From the NCBI GenBank assembly GCA_965198225.1, contig CBDAOY010000008.1, forward strand, positions 960,001 through 1,024,000: 64,000 nucleotides of DNA. The letters run 5' to 3'. Numbering within the stretch: position 1 is the stretch's first letter; the number at the start of each line of letters is the position of its first letter. A program made the position numbers and the translations under genes. The notes under the pieces are model-generated. The model ran no database searches and was not told the origin of the DNA. It saw nothing but the letters and a program-made list of their open reading frames with translations. Shown piece by piece: positions 27,580 through 36,889 of this stretch. Source of the DNA: Terriglobia bacterium. Its GTDB lineage: Bacteria; Acidobacteriota; Terriglobia; 20CM-2-55-15.

Positions 27580-28719
27580 TCAGCGCCTCCGGTTGGCGCC
27601 TCTGCTGCTGCGGATGTCGATGCCCCCCGCCTGTTGGCCGACATCGGCGCTGGCCACGATCTCCAGTCTCTTCAGGTCGAGCACTTCTACCGAGCCCGGC
27701 TCGGAGCTGACTCCTTCGACCGACACGAAAGCATAGTGTTCGTCTTCTGAAATCGCGACGCCGTGGACAACGCGCCGCCCGGTTGCGATGCGAGCGACTT
27801 CCGTTCCCGACTCGATCTCGTAGACAGAGATCGATTGATCCCTCTTGTTTGTGGCAACAAGCAGCTCATCGGTCACGGCCAGGTTGTAGACACCGGCACG
27901 CGCTTCCAGACGACGACTCAATTCCCAGGTCTCCACGTCGACTTCGACGATCTCGTCCGATGCGTTGCATGCGACGAAAACAAAGCGCCCGTCCTTAGAT
28001 GGCTCGGCTCACGTGGGCGAGCATCGTTCCGACGATGCGGAGGCGTTCGGCATCTCCGGAGACATGCGTCCCATCATTTCTGCGCTCTCGACGGGTCCTC
28101 TAAATCCTTTTTCGCCGCCTCTCGTCAACATGAAGTTTCTCGACACACGAAGCGTGCTGGTGTCGATCTCTACGAGCCTGTCGTCCATCATGCATGTGGA
28201 GTAGTGCAGCGTGCCCTGCGGGTTGATCCTCGAGCCGTGTGGCATCTTGCAGGTCGTGATCCGAACGATCTCCAGCATCTCGTCGGTCATCACGACCGAC
28301 ACCGACGAGGGAACCATGTCTCCGTGAAGGTTGAAGTTCACGACGTAGAGAAACGTTCCATCCGGAGTCAGGTCGATCGTCGCCGGGAACATTCCCACGG
28401 TGACCCTTCCAACCGCGGTGTCGTCGGTCGCCGAATACTTCCAGACAGTCCCGTACGGCTGGCCGTGCGCGATCGAAACGTAGTAGAAGCGTCCATCTGG
28501 AGACAGGCGTAGCCCGTGCGGGCCGTCGATGTCGAGCGGCATGATTCCGACCGTCACTTCACGATCGACGGCGACGGCATTCCCCTCAAAGCTGAGGACC
28601 GCAATCCGGTCCGCCGCCTCGGCGGCGACGTAGATCTCGTGGACGTTGATCCGAGGCTCTCTTTGCGCAGCCGCGACGTTCGCGAAGAGCAGCAGGCTCA
28701 GGATCAGGCGGGGTAACAT
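27580..28719 (-). pseudogene. YncE/YVTN beta-propeller secreted protein interrupted by an in-frame TGA
   Basis: ORFs 28009-28719 and 27580-27936 share a frame and read CSPT*AEPSKDGRFVFVACN across the TGA at 28009-28011. Confidence 0.75.
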
Positions 28720-28761
28720 GGGGCCATTATATACAGCGATCGGCCCTCAGCGGTTCGCCAA

Positions 28762-28800
28762 GCAAAGAAGGGGCTCGCGGTCGAAACCGCGAGCCCCTTC
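28762..28800 (-). terminator. Strong intrinsic terminator
   Basis: Perfect 15-bp stem GAAGGGGCTCGCGGT with a UUCG loop on the minus strand, followed by TTTGC. Confidence 0.8.
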
Positions 28801-29112
28801 CTGATTCATCCCGAACATCCTCGTGTGAGGCGTGGCGCTGGTTGTTGGCGCAGCAGCATCCGGTGTCGCGGGGCGATCACCCAGCGCTGGAGTCAGGATT
28901 CAGATTGCATCCTGAAAGCGATCGCCGAAAACCACAGTGAGCTCGAACTTGAAGATGACCGAACGCCGATCACACGTCGTGCACCGCAACAGCTCAGAAA
29001 CGAAGTACCAGAGGAAAGGCCGAAACAGGCTCGTCGGGAAGACGTCGCCTCACCTGCCTTTCCATCAGTGTCCCTGAGCGGATATCCGTTCGGGTGCATG
29101 CGAGAGCCGCAA

Positions 29113-29304
29113 TTACTTCTTTTTCTTCTTGGCGGCCTTCTTCTTCGTAGCTTTCTTCTTAGCTGCTTTTTTCTTAGTTGCTTTCTTCTTAGTTGCTTTC
29201 TTCTTGGTCGCTTTCTTCTTGGTTGCTTTCTTCTTAGCAGCCTTCTTCTTGGTTGCTTTCTTCTTAGCAGCCTTCTTCTTGGGCGCTTTCTTCTTGGTTG
29301 CCAT
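29113..29304 (-). CDS. Histone H1-like basic nucleoid protein (KKKAT/KKKAA repeats)
   Basis: AGGAG RBS, then MATKKKAPKKKAAKKKATKKK...; 15-bp tandem repeats; 63 aa. Confidence 0.85.
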   Translation of the reverse strand: MATKKKAPKKKAAKKKATKKKAAKKKATKKKATKKKATKKKATKKKAAKKKATKKKAAKKKKK

Positions 29305-29522
29305 AAGTGAAGTTTCTCCTTTTTCTCTTGTTGATTCATGCACGCTTCAAAACAACAAGCGTGCGTGAACAGTACTTAACTACAATCGCGAGGTGTTTTT
29401 CCAGTCTAGATTTCAACCAACACCCAACACGACAGCTTATTATTCTTGTCGGATTTCCCAGATCAGGTCCCTCCACCGCCGTATTAATTGCGTTAATTCG
29501 GACGCTGACGTAAGTTCTTCTC

Positions 29523-29984
29523 GTGCGATTGAGAGCTTGTTTGCCAGTTATCCTCTTGGTCCTTGCGGGATGCTCGGGTCTGGATACGTTGACCGAGGCC
29601 GTGCTCGTCGATGCCGAACAGCGATGGCGGAAGGAAGAGCCGGGGCTCTATCGTCTTGTCGTCGAGATGAGCGGCGAACGTGTCGAGACCGGTTTGTTCG
29701 AAGCTCTGGTGCGCGACGGAGCGGTGGTCAGTCTGAAACGCAACGGTCAGGTAGTCCTGCCCGACAGAGGTCAGGACTACTCGATGGAAGGCCTGTTCGG
29801 AATGCTGCGACAGGAGCTGGCACTGTCGGAGCGGCCCGCCCTGATGGGCGCACCGCCCGGCTTTGCTGCACATCTGCTCGTACGTTTTAACGACGAGACC
29901 GGAAGGTTGGAGCGCTACCGCCGGACGGTGGGAGGGGCGAACAACAACATCGAGATAACGGTCGTCGAGTACACCCCGCAGTGA
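29523..29984 (+). CDS. Lipoprotein, hypothetical
   Basis: Lipobox LAGC after a hydrophobic signal. Confidence 0.75.
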   Translation: MRLRACLPVILLVLAGCSGLDTLTEAVLVDAEQRWRKEEPGLYRLVVEMSGERVETGLFEALVRDGAVVSLKRNGQVVLPDRGQDYSMEGLFGMLRQELALSERPALMGAPPGFAAHLLVRFNDETGRLERYRRTVGGANNNIEITVVEYTPQ

Positions 29985-30109
29985 TCCAGTTACCCGAACT
30001 TCTCACGAATGTTCGGGCATCCACATTTTCTCATCGGCGCCGCGCCCAGTCGTCCCCGAATTCGAACGCTTCGATCGTTGTCCCGACGTAATCCGGTGAG
30101 AAGCGCCGG

Positions 30110-31069
30110 CTAGCCAGCGACGTTGACCGGCTTGCCTTCCAGGAACGCAAATACATTCTCGATCGTCATCGCCAGACCAGCTTCCGTCGTTTCCGGGGAG
30201 ATGCCTCCCGAGTGCGGCGTGAGGACCACGTTGGGAAGATCGAAGAAGGCACTTCCCTCCTCCAGGGGCTCATCGGCAAAAACGTCGAGGCCGGCACCCC
30301 CGATAGTTCCGCTTCGGAGAGCGTCGATCAAGGCAGGTTCATCGACCACGCCTCCACGCGCGGTGTTGATGAACAGGGCCGATGTCTTCATCAGCTCGAA
30401 GTGCTGACGCTCGATGAAACGATCTGTGTCGGGAGAGTGGCGAACATGCACGCTGACGACGTCGGACTCGCCGAACACTTCGTCGAATTCCACCCAGCGG
30501 AGAGGAATTTCCTTTTCCAATGCGGCCGTCGGGTGGAATGTCCACGCGATCACGTTCATCCCGATTCCGACTCCCAGGCGTGCAACCTGAGTCCCGATGG
30601 CTCCGGTCCCGATCAGCCCGAGCGTTTTCCCGTAGAGTTCGGTGATCATCGCGCGGGGCCACTCGCCCAGCCGTACCCGCCGGTCGACTTCGACGATTCG
30701 CCGACCCGCTGCAAGCATCAGCATCAGAGTGTGCTCACCGAGCGTGTACCTGGACACCGCAGGGGTGTTCGTCACACACACGCCCCGCTCGCGGGCCGCG
30801 ACGAGATCGACATTGTCCGTGCCGGTGCCCCAGATCGATATCATTCCGAGCGATGGGCACCGGTCGAACACTTCCCTGTCGAATCGACAGCTCGAGCGGA
30901 TGTTGATCACGACATCCGCATCGCCGATTCGCTCAGCGAGTTCGTCACGGCTCGCAGGGCGGGTGTCAAAGGAACGGACATCGTATCCGTCCAGTTTTTG
31001 GAAAGCCGCGCTGGGAACCATCACGGCCGGCTCGTCATCGGGTATGACGATTCGAGGGTGGGGGCTCAT
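30110..31069 (-). CDS. D-isomer-specific 2-hydroxyacid dehydrogenase (SerA-like)
   Basis: GTGTDNVD, GTGAIG, INTARG, GLDVF and TPHSG motifs. Confidence 0.92.
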   Translation of the reverse strand: MSPHPRIVIPDDEPAVMVPSAAFQKLDGYDVRSFDTRPASRDELAERIGDADVVINIRSSCRFDREVFDRCPSLGMISIWGTGTDNVDLVAARERGVCVTNTPAVSRYTLGEHTLMLMLAAGRRIVEVDRRVRLGEWPRAMITELYGKTLGLIGTGAIGTQVARLGVGIGMNVIAWTFHPTAALEKEIPLRWVEFDEVFGESDVVSVHVRHSPDTDRFIERQHFELMKTSALFINTARGGVVDEPALIDALRSGTIGGAGLDVFADEPLEEGSAFFDLPNVVLTPHSGGISPETTEAGLAMTIENVFAFLEGKPVNVAG

Positions 31070-32616
31070 TCAAGGCCGTACCGCTTCAACTTGTTGATCA
31101 ACCCCTGGTGGCTCAATCCCAACAGTTTTGCCGCACGGCGCCTTTCGCCGTCGGTCTGCGACATCGCAGCACGGATCATCCGAATCTCGAGAGCGGTGAC
31201 ACGTTCCTTCAGCGGCTTGCTCTCCTCCTCACCGGCTGCGGGCGGAACCCCGGCAAGCTCCGTCGAGAGTTTCTCGTCGCGGATCGGGTCGGAGAAGTCA
31301 TCCCTCTGAATGAGATCGCCGGAGGAGAGTACGAGGGCCCGTTTGATCTCGTTCTCGAGCTCACGCACGTTTCCGGGCCATTCATACGAAGAAAGGGCCT
31401 GCATCGCTTCAGGCGCAAACCCTCTGGCGGAACTGCCGAGCTCCGGCCCGTACAACCGGAGAAAATGTGTGGCCAGCAGTGGGATGTCGCCGCGCATCTC
31501 CTTGAGCGAGGGCATCTCGAGACGGACAACGTTGAGCCGGAAGTAGAGGTCCTGTCGGAAGCGGCCGGCTTCGATCTCCTCCTTCAGGTCTTTGTTGGTT
31601 GCAGCGACGAGTCGGATGTCCACCGGAACCGGCGTTCGGCCTCCCACCCACTCGACTTCCTTTTCCTGTAGAGCGCGAAGAAGCTTGGCCTGCGCGGTCA
31701 GGCTCAGGTCGCCGATCTCGTCGAGAAAAAGCGTCCCTCCCGATGCCGATTCGATGCGGCCGACACGGCGCTCCACTCCAGTCGCTACTCCCTTCTCGAT
31801 ACCGAACAGCTCGGACTCGACCAACGCCTCGGGCAAAGCGGCGCAGTTGACGGCCACGAAAGGCTTTGGTCCTCGCGGGCCGCCGTAGTGGATGGCACGT
31901 GCCGTCAGCTCCTTGCCGGTTCCGTTTTCGCCTGTGATCAGCACCGACACCGTGGTTGCCGCCACCTTGTCGATCAGCTGGCGTATTTCATCGATGCGGC
32001 GGGCACTCCCCAGAATGTTGCGCGTCGAAAAACGCTCTTCGACTTCCTTGCGGAGCGTCTGATTCTCCTCGATCAGTTCCTTCTGCTTTTCACGGAGATC
32101 CATGAGGTGGCGCGCATTCTCCAGGGCGACGGCAGCCTGTGAGGCCAGTGCTTCGGCAAACTGCTCGTCTTCGGACAAGAACCGATCGTCCCTCTTGTTC
32201 AGCACCTGGAAAACGCCGATCGTTTCCGAGCGATAGTTTCGAATCGGAACGCAGAGTATGTTCCGCGTCCGAAAGCCCGTCATGCTGTCGATCGCAGGGT
32301 AGAAGAGAGGAGAATTGTAGGCATCTTCGACGATCATCGTCTTGCCGGTCTTCATCACCGCGCCGGCAATCCCGAGTCGTGAGTCAAAGCGGATCACCTC
32401 GGAGGTGCCCAAGGCCACCTTCGCCCAGAGCTCGCCTTTCCGGGGATCGAACAGGAATATCGTCGCGCGTTCGGCGTCGATGAGCTTCGCGGCCTCGATC
32501 GCCATGATGTTGAGCAGCTCGTCGAAGTTCTTCTCGGAGTTGATGCGCTGACAGATGTCCAGCAAGGTCACGAATCGATCGATGATTACGTGCGGAGCGT
32601 GGAAGTCAGCTTTCAT
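31066..32616 (-). CDS. GAF-domain sigma-54-dependent Fis-family transcriptional activator
   Basis: GAF N-terminus, GENGTGKE, ESELFGIEKGVATG (variant GAFTGA), WPGNVREL and a C-terminal HTH. Confidence 0.93.
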   Translation of the reverse strand: MKADFHAPHVIIDRFVTLLDICQRINSEKNFDELLNIMAIEAAKLIDAERATIFLFDPRKGELWAKVALGTSEVIRFDSRLGIAGAVMKTGKTMIVEDAYNSPLFYPAIDSMTGFRTRNILCVPIRNYRSETIGVFQVLNKRDDRFLSEDEQFAEALASQAAVALENARHLMDLREKQKELIEENQTLRKEVEERFSTRNILGSARRIDEIRQLIDKVAATTVSVLITGENGTGKELTARAIHYGGPRGPKPFVAVNCAALPEALVESELFGIEKGVATGVERRVGRIESASGGTLFLDEIGDLSLTAQAKLLRALQEKEVEWVGGRTPVPVDIRLVAATNKDLKEEIEAGRFRQDLYFRLNVVRLEMPSLKEMRGDIPLLATHFLRLYGPELGSSARGFAPEAMQALSSYEWPGNVRELENEIKRALVLSSGDLIQRDDFSDPIRDEKLSTELAGVPPAAGEEESKPLKERVTALEIRMIRAAMSQTDGERRRAAKLLGLSHQGLINKLKRYGLE

Positions 32617-32664
32617 TCCGTTGTAAAGGTAGACATCCGAATTCGGAATGTCAATAATGCGCCG

Positions 32665-33384
32665 ATGAAACAGACCACTTTCGATGGTTTTCCAGAAACC
32701 GGTATTCGTTTCCTTCGTTCACTGAAGCGTAACAACAGGCGGGAGTGGTTCCAGGAACGCAAGGGCACCTACCTCGACCAGGTGAAGGCTCCGATGGAAG
32801 AGTTCATACTGGCCGTCGCCGATGCGTTCCGTCGTTTCGCGCCGGAGATGGTTGCCAACCCCAAAGTTTCTGCTTACCGCATCTACAGGGACACCCGCTT
32901 TTCGAGAGACAAGTCACCTTACAAGACCCACGTGGCAGCGGTCTTTCCCCGCAGAGGGCTCGCCAAGCATGAGGGCGCCGGCTTTTACGTGCACATCGCC
33001 GCGGACGAAGTCTTTGTGGGCGGCGGTCTTTACCTGCCCGACAAGCAGGGTCTGCAGGCGCTGCACGAGCATCTGGCCCTCAACCACCGCCAGTTTCGAT
33101 CCAAGGTCGGTTCGGCGCGGTTTCGCCGCCTGTTTGGTGAGATCTCCGGAGAGCAGCTGAGTCGGGTACCCCGGGGCTTTCGGGCCGACCATCCGGCAGG
33201 CGATCTTCTGCGGTACAAGCAATTCCTCGCCTCCAGGCAGTTCGAGCCCGACTTCGCGACGAGCCCCGCCTTCTTCCCGGAAGTCATCCAGAGTTTCAAA
33301 GCGCTGCTGCCGATGATCCGTTTCTTGAACGAACCCATCGTCGGTCGACACAGTTCCAGCCTCGACCTCACCTCTCAACGATGA
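32665..33384 (+). CDS. DUF2461 family protein
   Basis: NNRREWF and RIYRDTRFSRDKSPYKTH motifs. Confidence 0.92.
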   Translation: MKQTTFDGFPETGIRFLRSLKRNNRREWFQERKGTYLDQVKAPMEEFILAVADAFRRFAPEMVANPKVSAYRIYRDTRFSRDKSPYKTHVAAVFPRRGLAKHEGAGFYVHIAADEVFVGGGLYLPDKQGLQALHEHLALNHRQFRSKVGSARFRRLFGEISGEQLSRVPRGFRADHPAGDLLRYKQFLASRQFEPDFATSPAFFPEVIQSFKALLPMIRFLNEPIVGRHSSSLDLTSQR

Positions 33385-33398
33385 TCTGCGTTCGGACT

Positions 33399-34532
33399 TC
33401 AACGCGATCGTGCGATCAGGTCGTAGTAGCTTCGCAGATCGTCGGTTTGGTAGGCAGCCAGCAGACTGGCCATGCTGTCGAGCAGAGTGACGGAAAAATA
33501 ACGGGATCTCTGTGCGGGATGGCGGTACCCGAAGTTGTTGAAGTAGGAGCGTACGAACATGCCTTCATCTTCTAGCGGAAGTGTCGCAACGTTGTCGAAA
33601 AACTGTTTCCAGGCCCGATTCTGAAATAGATAGTACTCGACGTTGGACGTGTAGAACGTCGAAACCTTCAAGCCCCGGCGCATCAGGTATCGGCCGAGGC
33701 CGAGCAGGCATTTCTCACCGGCAAAATCACCGACGAGCGGCACGATTCGGTTCTCGGCATGGAGTCTCCGGATGAACCGGAAGTTCTCTTCCGTGGCCAG
33801 GTAGTTGTGGTTTTCGCCCTCACCATCGGTTTCGAGCAGGAGATCTCCGTACGTCGGAAATCTCCGGGAACCGAGGCGCCGTCCCGAGGAGTATCTCAAT
33901 TCGGGGCCGGCAAGATAGAAGGCCTTGTAAACGTATTCGATGATCGTCGGATCGTCACCGTGGAGCCGGAACCCGTGACCAGACTGGAGCAAGCTGAGAA
34001 CCTCGGACAGATTCTCGGCGAACTGGTCGTGGGTCGGTGCGACGTAGCGAAACTTCGCGATTATTTCGCCGATACCGTCCGCGGGCCTGACGTCGTCGGG
34101 AACACGCCGCGAGAACAGGCGCGACAAGAAATCGACACGACTCTCCGAAAGCTCGAACAGCGCCTTGTACAACAGGTGCTGCAACATGTTCTGGCGTCGA
34201 ATATCTACGATGAAGGCCAGGTGCGGTTTCGTGGCGGCAATGTAGGTGTAGTTCTGGTCCGGTCCGACCCCGAGGTAGACGCCACCTGTTCCGACCTTCG
34301 CCTGCAACTCCGGGATGACGTGCTGATAGGGTACTTCGTTCGAAACGAAATTGTCCGACCGGAAGAAACCTCCGGGCTCGGACAGACCTCCGATCAACGC
34401 CCAGAACTCCCTGTCCGTTAGATCAGTCGCACCGGCCGGAAGTGAATCCGGACCGGACTCCACCAGCAGGAACAGCCCAGACAGGACCGCCAGTAGCAGG
34501 GTCGCCAGTACTATGCTCTTGAACGGTTTCAT
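33399..34532 (-). CDS. Uncharacterised exported protein, paralog of 8121-9278
   Basis: Signal/TM; SDNFVSNE, GGVYLGVGPDQNYTYI, DIRRQNMLQHL, GDFAG and FYTSNVEYYLF motifs. Confidence 0.8.
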   Translation of the reverse strand: MKPFKSIVLATLLLAVLSGLFLLVESGPDSLPAGATDLTDREFWALIGGLSEPGGFFRSDNFVSNEVPYQHVIPELQAKVGTGGVYLGVGPDQNYTYIAATKPHLAFIVDIRRQNMLQHLLYKALFELSESRVDFLSRLFSRRVPDDVRPADGIGEIIAKFRYVAPTHDQFAENLSEVLSLLQSGHGFRLHGDDPTIIEYVYKAFYLAGPELRYSSGRRLGSRRFPTYGDLLLETDGEGENHNYLATEENFRFIRRLHAENRIVPLVGDFAGEKCLLGLGRYLMRRGLKVSTFYTSNVEYYLFQNRAWKQFFDNVATLPLEDEGMFVRSYFNNFGYRHPAQRSRYFSVTLLDSMASLLAAYQTDDLRSYYDLIARSR

Positions 34533-34571
34533 CGTAATTTGCCTCTCCGGTGAGGTCGAACCTATTGTGAG

Positions 34572-34688
34572 CTAGTGACCTGTAAAAGTGCTATCGGTAC
34601 CGGCGTTCGGCGGAACGGCGTCGGATTCTAGGAGTGACGCTCGAGCCAATGCTGTTTCATTGCGAGGGCGTTATTTACAGGCCACTAG
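34572..34688. mobile_element. MITE-like element, CTAGTGGCCTGTAA family, copy 2
   Basis: CTAGTGACCTGTAAA ... TTTACAGGCCACTAG ends; the first 30 bp match the reverse complement of the right end of copy 1. Confidence 0.7.
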
Positions 34689-34931
34689 ACCTTCGCGCGA
34701 GAAAACGAATTGTCTGATTCGTCGGTCTCCGCGACAGCGCACAGCCCCATCCGATGAATTTTCCAAGCTGGTTCAACGTTTTTCCGCTTCCGAATGTGCT
34801 GTCGTTTCGGGTATCAATGAGCTTGGAGGAGTTACCTGGCCCGTGGCAGAAGTCTTTAAACCCGCCCGCCTGAAATCGTTCTAAGTGGGGTAGCGTCAGG
34901 AACTCGAGCCGGAAAGGAGGCTGCAGATAAG

Positions 34932-36874
34932 ATGGTGATCCGGGCTAACCTAGTTCAGGTCTCAGTGGCGGCTGTGCTGCTGACGTCAACGTTGTCGACG
35001 CTGGCGGAGAAGGAAGAGGGTTTTGCGGGCGAGAGAACGAACCCGGCCGCGCCAACCATCGAGAGTTGCGTTTACGTCAACGATCCCTCCCTGTATGTTT
35101 TCTCCTCCGAACAGAATCAGGCCGCCCTCTCCACGCTCACCGATTCGGTCGTTTCCTACGTCAAACCGGTCATCACCCGGAGTGGACCGCTCCTGCCGGT
35201 CCAGAGGAACAATTTTATCGACGAACACATCTTCGGTCAGATCGAAGCGGTCGGAATCGAGGCCGCGTCGCTCAGCTCCGATACGGAGTTTCTGCGGCGG
35301 GTCATGCTCGATCTGACGGGCCGGATTCCCTCGCGGGACCAGGTCCTCAACTTCGTCAACGATCCCAATTCCGGAAAGCGAAACGCGCTGATTGACAGCC
35401 TCGTGACCAGCCCGGAGTACGCCGACAAGTGGACGATGTTCTTCGGCGACCTGCTTAAGCTGAACGGAGCTGCGTCGAACGTCAACCGGTACACCCAGGG
35501 GCGCGACGCGTTCTATCTCTACCTGAAGGATTCGATCAGCTTGAACAAGCCGTACGACCAGCTGGTCCGGGAGATGCTCACCGCCGACGGAGACAACCAC
35601 ACCAACGGTGCGGTCAACTATCTGGTCGGCGGACGCATCCCCATGGGTCCAGTCCAGGACACCTACGATGGCCAGGCGGCGCAGGTGGCTTCGATGTTTC
35701 TCGGAGTCCAGGTCGTCGATTGCCTGCTTTGCCATGACGGGCAGGCCGGCTGGAATCGGTGAATCTCTGGGGGGCCACTCAGACCCGGATGGAGATGTGG
35801 GCCCTCTCGGCCTTCTTCGCCCAGACCCGGATCCAGGGCGAGCGTATCAGCAATCAGCCGCGGTTGATCCGCTACTCGCTCGTTCCACAGCGTCGCCGGC
35901 CGGGCTACCATCTCAACACGGACGACGGCAACCGGAGCACGCGTGAACCCCAGGGCGGTGTCACCGAAGTCGAGCCCTTCTACCCCTTCACCCTGGGGAG
36001 CGACGCATTCGGCGGCGTGGTTGAAGGCCAATCGCGTCGTGAGGCTCTGGCGAACCATGTCGTCAACGACATCCAGTTCGCACGCGCGGCAGTCAACTAC
36101 GTCTGGGAAGAACTGATGGTCCAGGCTTTTGTCACGCCGTCGAATGCTTTTGATCCAGCGCGCCTCGACGCCGATAATCCACCGGCTGCACCGTGGACGC
36201 TTGAGCCGACGAACCCCCGTCTCCTGGACGCTATGGCGACGTGGTTCCAGCAGAACAGGTTCGACTTGCGTCAGTTGATTGCGCTGATCGCGAAATCCCG
36301 GGCCTATCAGCTCTCAGCCGCTTACCCGATGGAGTGGCGCACCGAGTATGTCCCCTACTATGCGCGTCGCTTCGCCCGCCGAATGGACGCCGAAGAGATC
36401 CATGACGCAGTCGTGAAAGCGACAGGCGTGCCGGCCAATTACGAGTTCCGGTCCCGCACCGGTACGCTACTCGATCCCGTTCAGTGGGCGATGCAATTCC
36501 CTGACACTCGCGAGCCACGGAGCAACCGCCGAGTCCGCGACTTTCTGAATTCCTTCGGGAGAGGTGACCGGGACCTGACCGACCGCGGGTCGGACGGGTC
36601 GCCGCTGCAGGCCCTGAACCTGCTGAACCATCAATTCATCATGAGTCGCATCAACGCGAACAACCCAACGTCGACGATCGGAGTGGTCCTGGCCGAAACG
36701 AATGACCCGACCGAGATCATCCAGGGGCTCTACCTCTCCACGCTGTCACGGTTCCCTACTCCACAAGAGACGGCTCTCCTGATGCCCATGATGGTCCAAT
36801 TGGGCAACGCGGATGGCGCGGAATCGCTCCAATGGATCCTCATGAACAAGCTGGACTTCGTATTCAACTACTGA
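34932..36874 (+). pseudogene. DUF1549/DUF1553 (PSCyt2/PSD1) protein, frameshifted near 35740
   Basis: NFIDEHIF, EFLRRVMLDLTGRIP and CLLCH in frame 1; NPRLLD, SRAYQLS, RRMDAE and QALNL in frame 2. One extra G restores CHDGAGRLESVNLW. Confidence 0.8.
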
Positions 36875-36889
36875 GGGAACCTCGAAACA

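Noticed and set aside
29005-29035. GAGGAAAGGCC resembling the RNase P GAGGAAAGUCC motif
   Set aside because: The motif is mismatched, no 3' P4 partner is visible, and the terminator points to the opposite strand.
28893-29368. Arg-rich 148-aa ORF and Phe/Leu-rich plus-strand ORFs
   Set aside because: Alternative frames of the KKKAT repeat; only the Lys/Ala frame has an RBS and synonymous-site variation.
35730-35765. Programmed frameshift or real two-gene split in the DUF1549/1553 gene
   Set aside because: No slippery heptamer; a single missing G in a G run restores a continuous protein.
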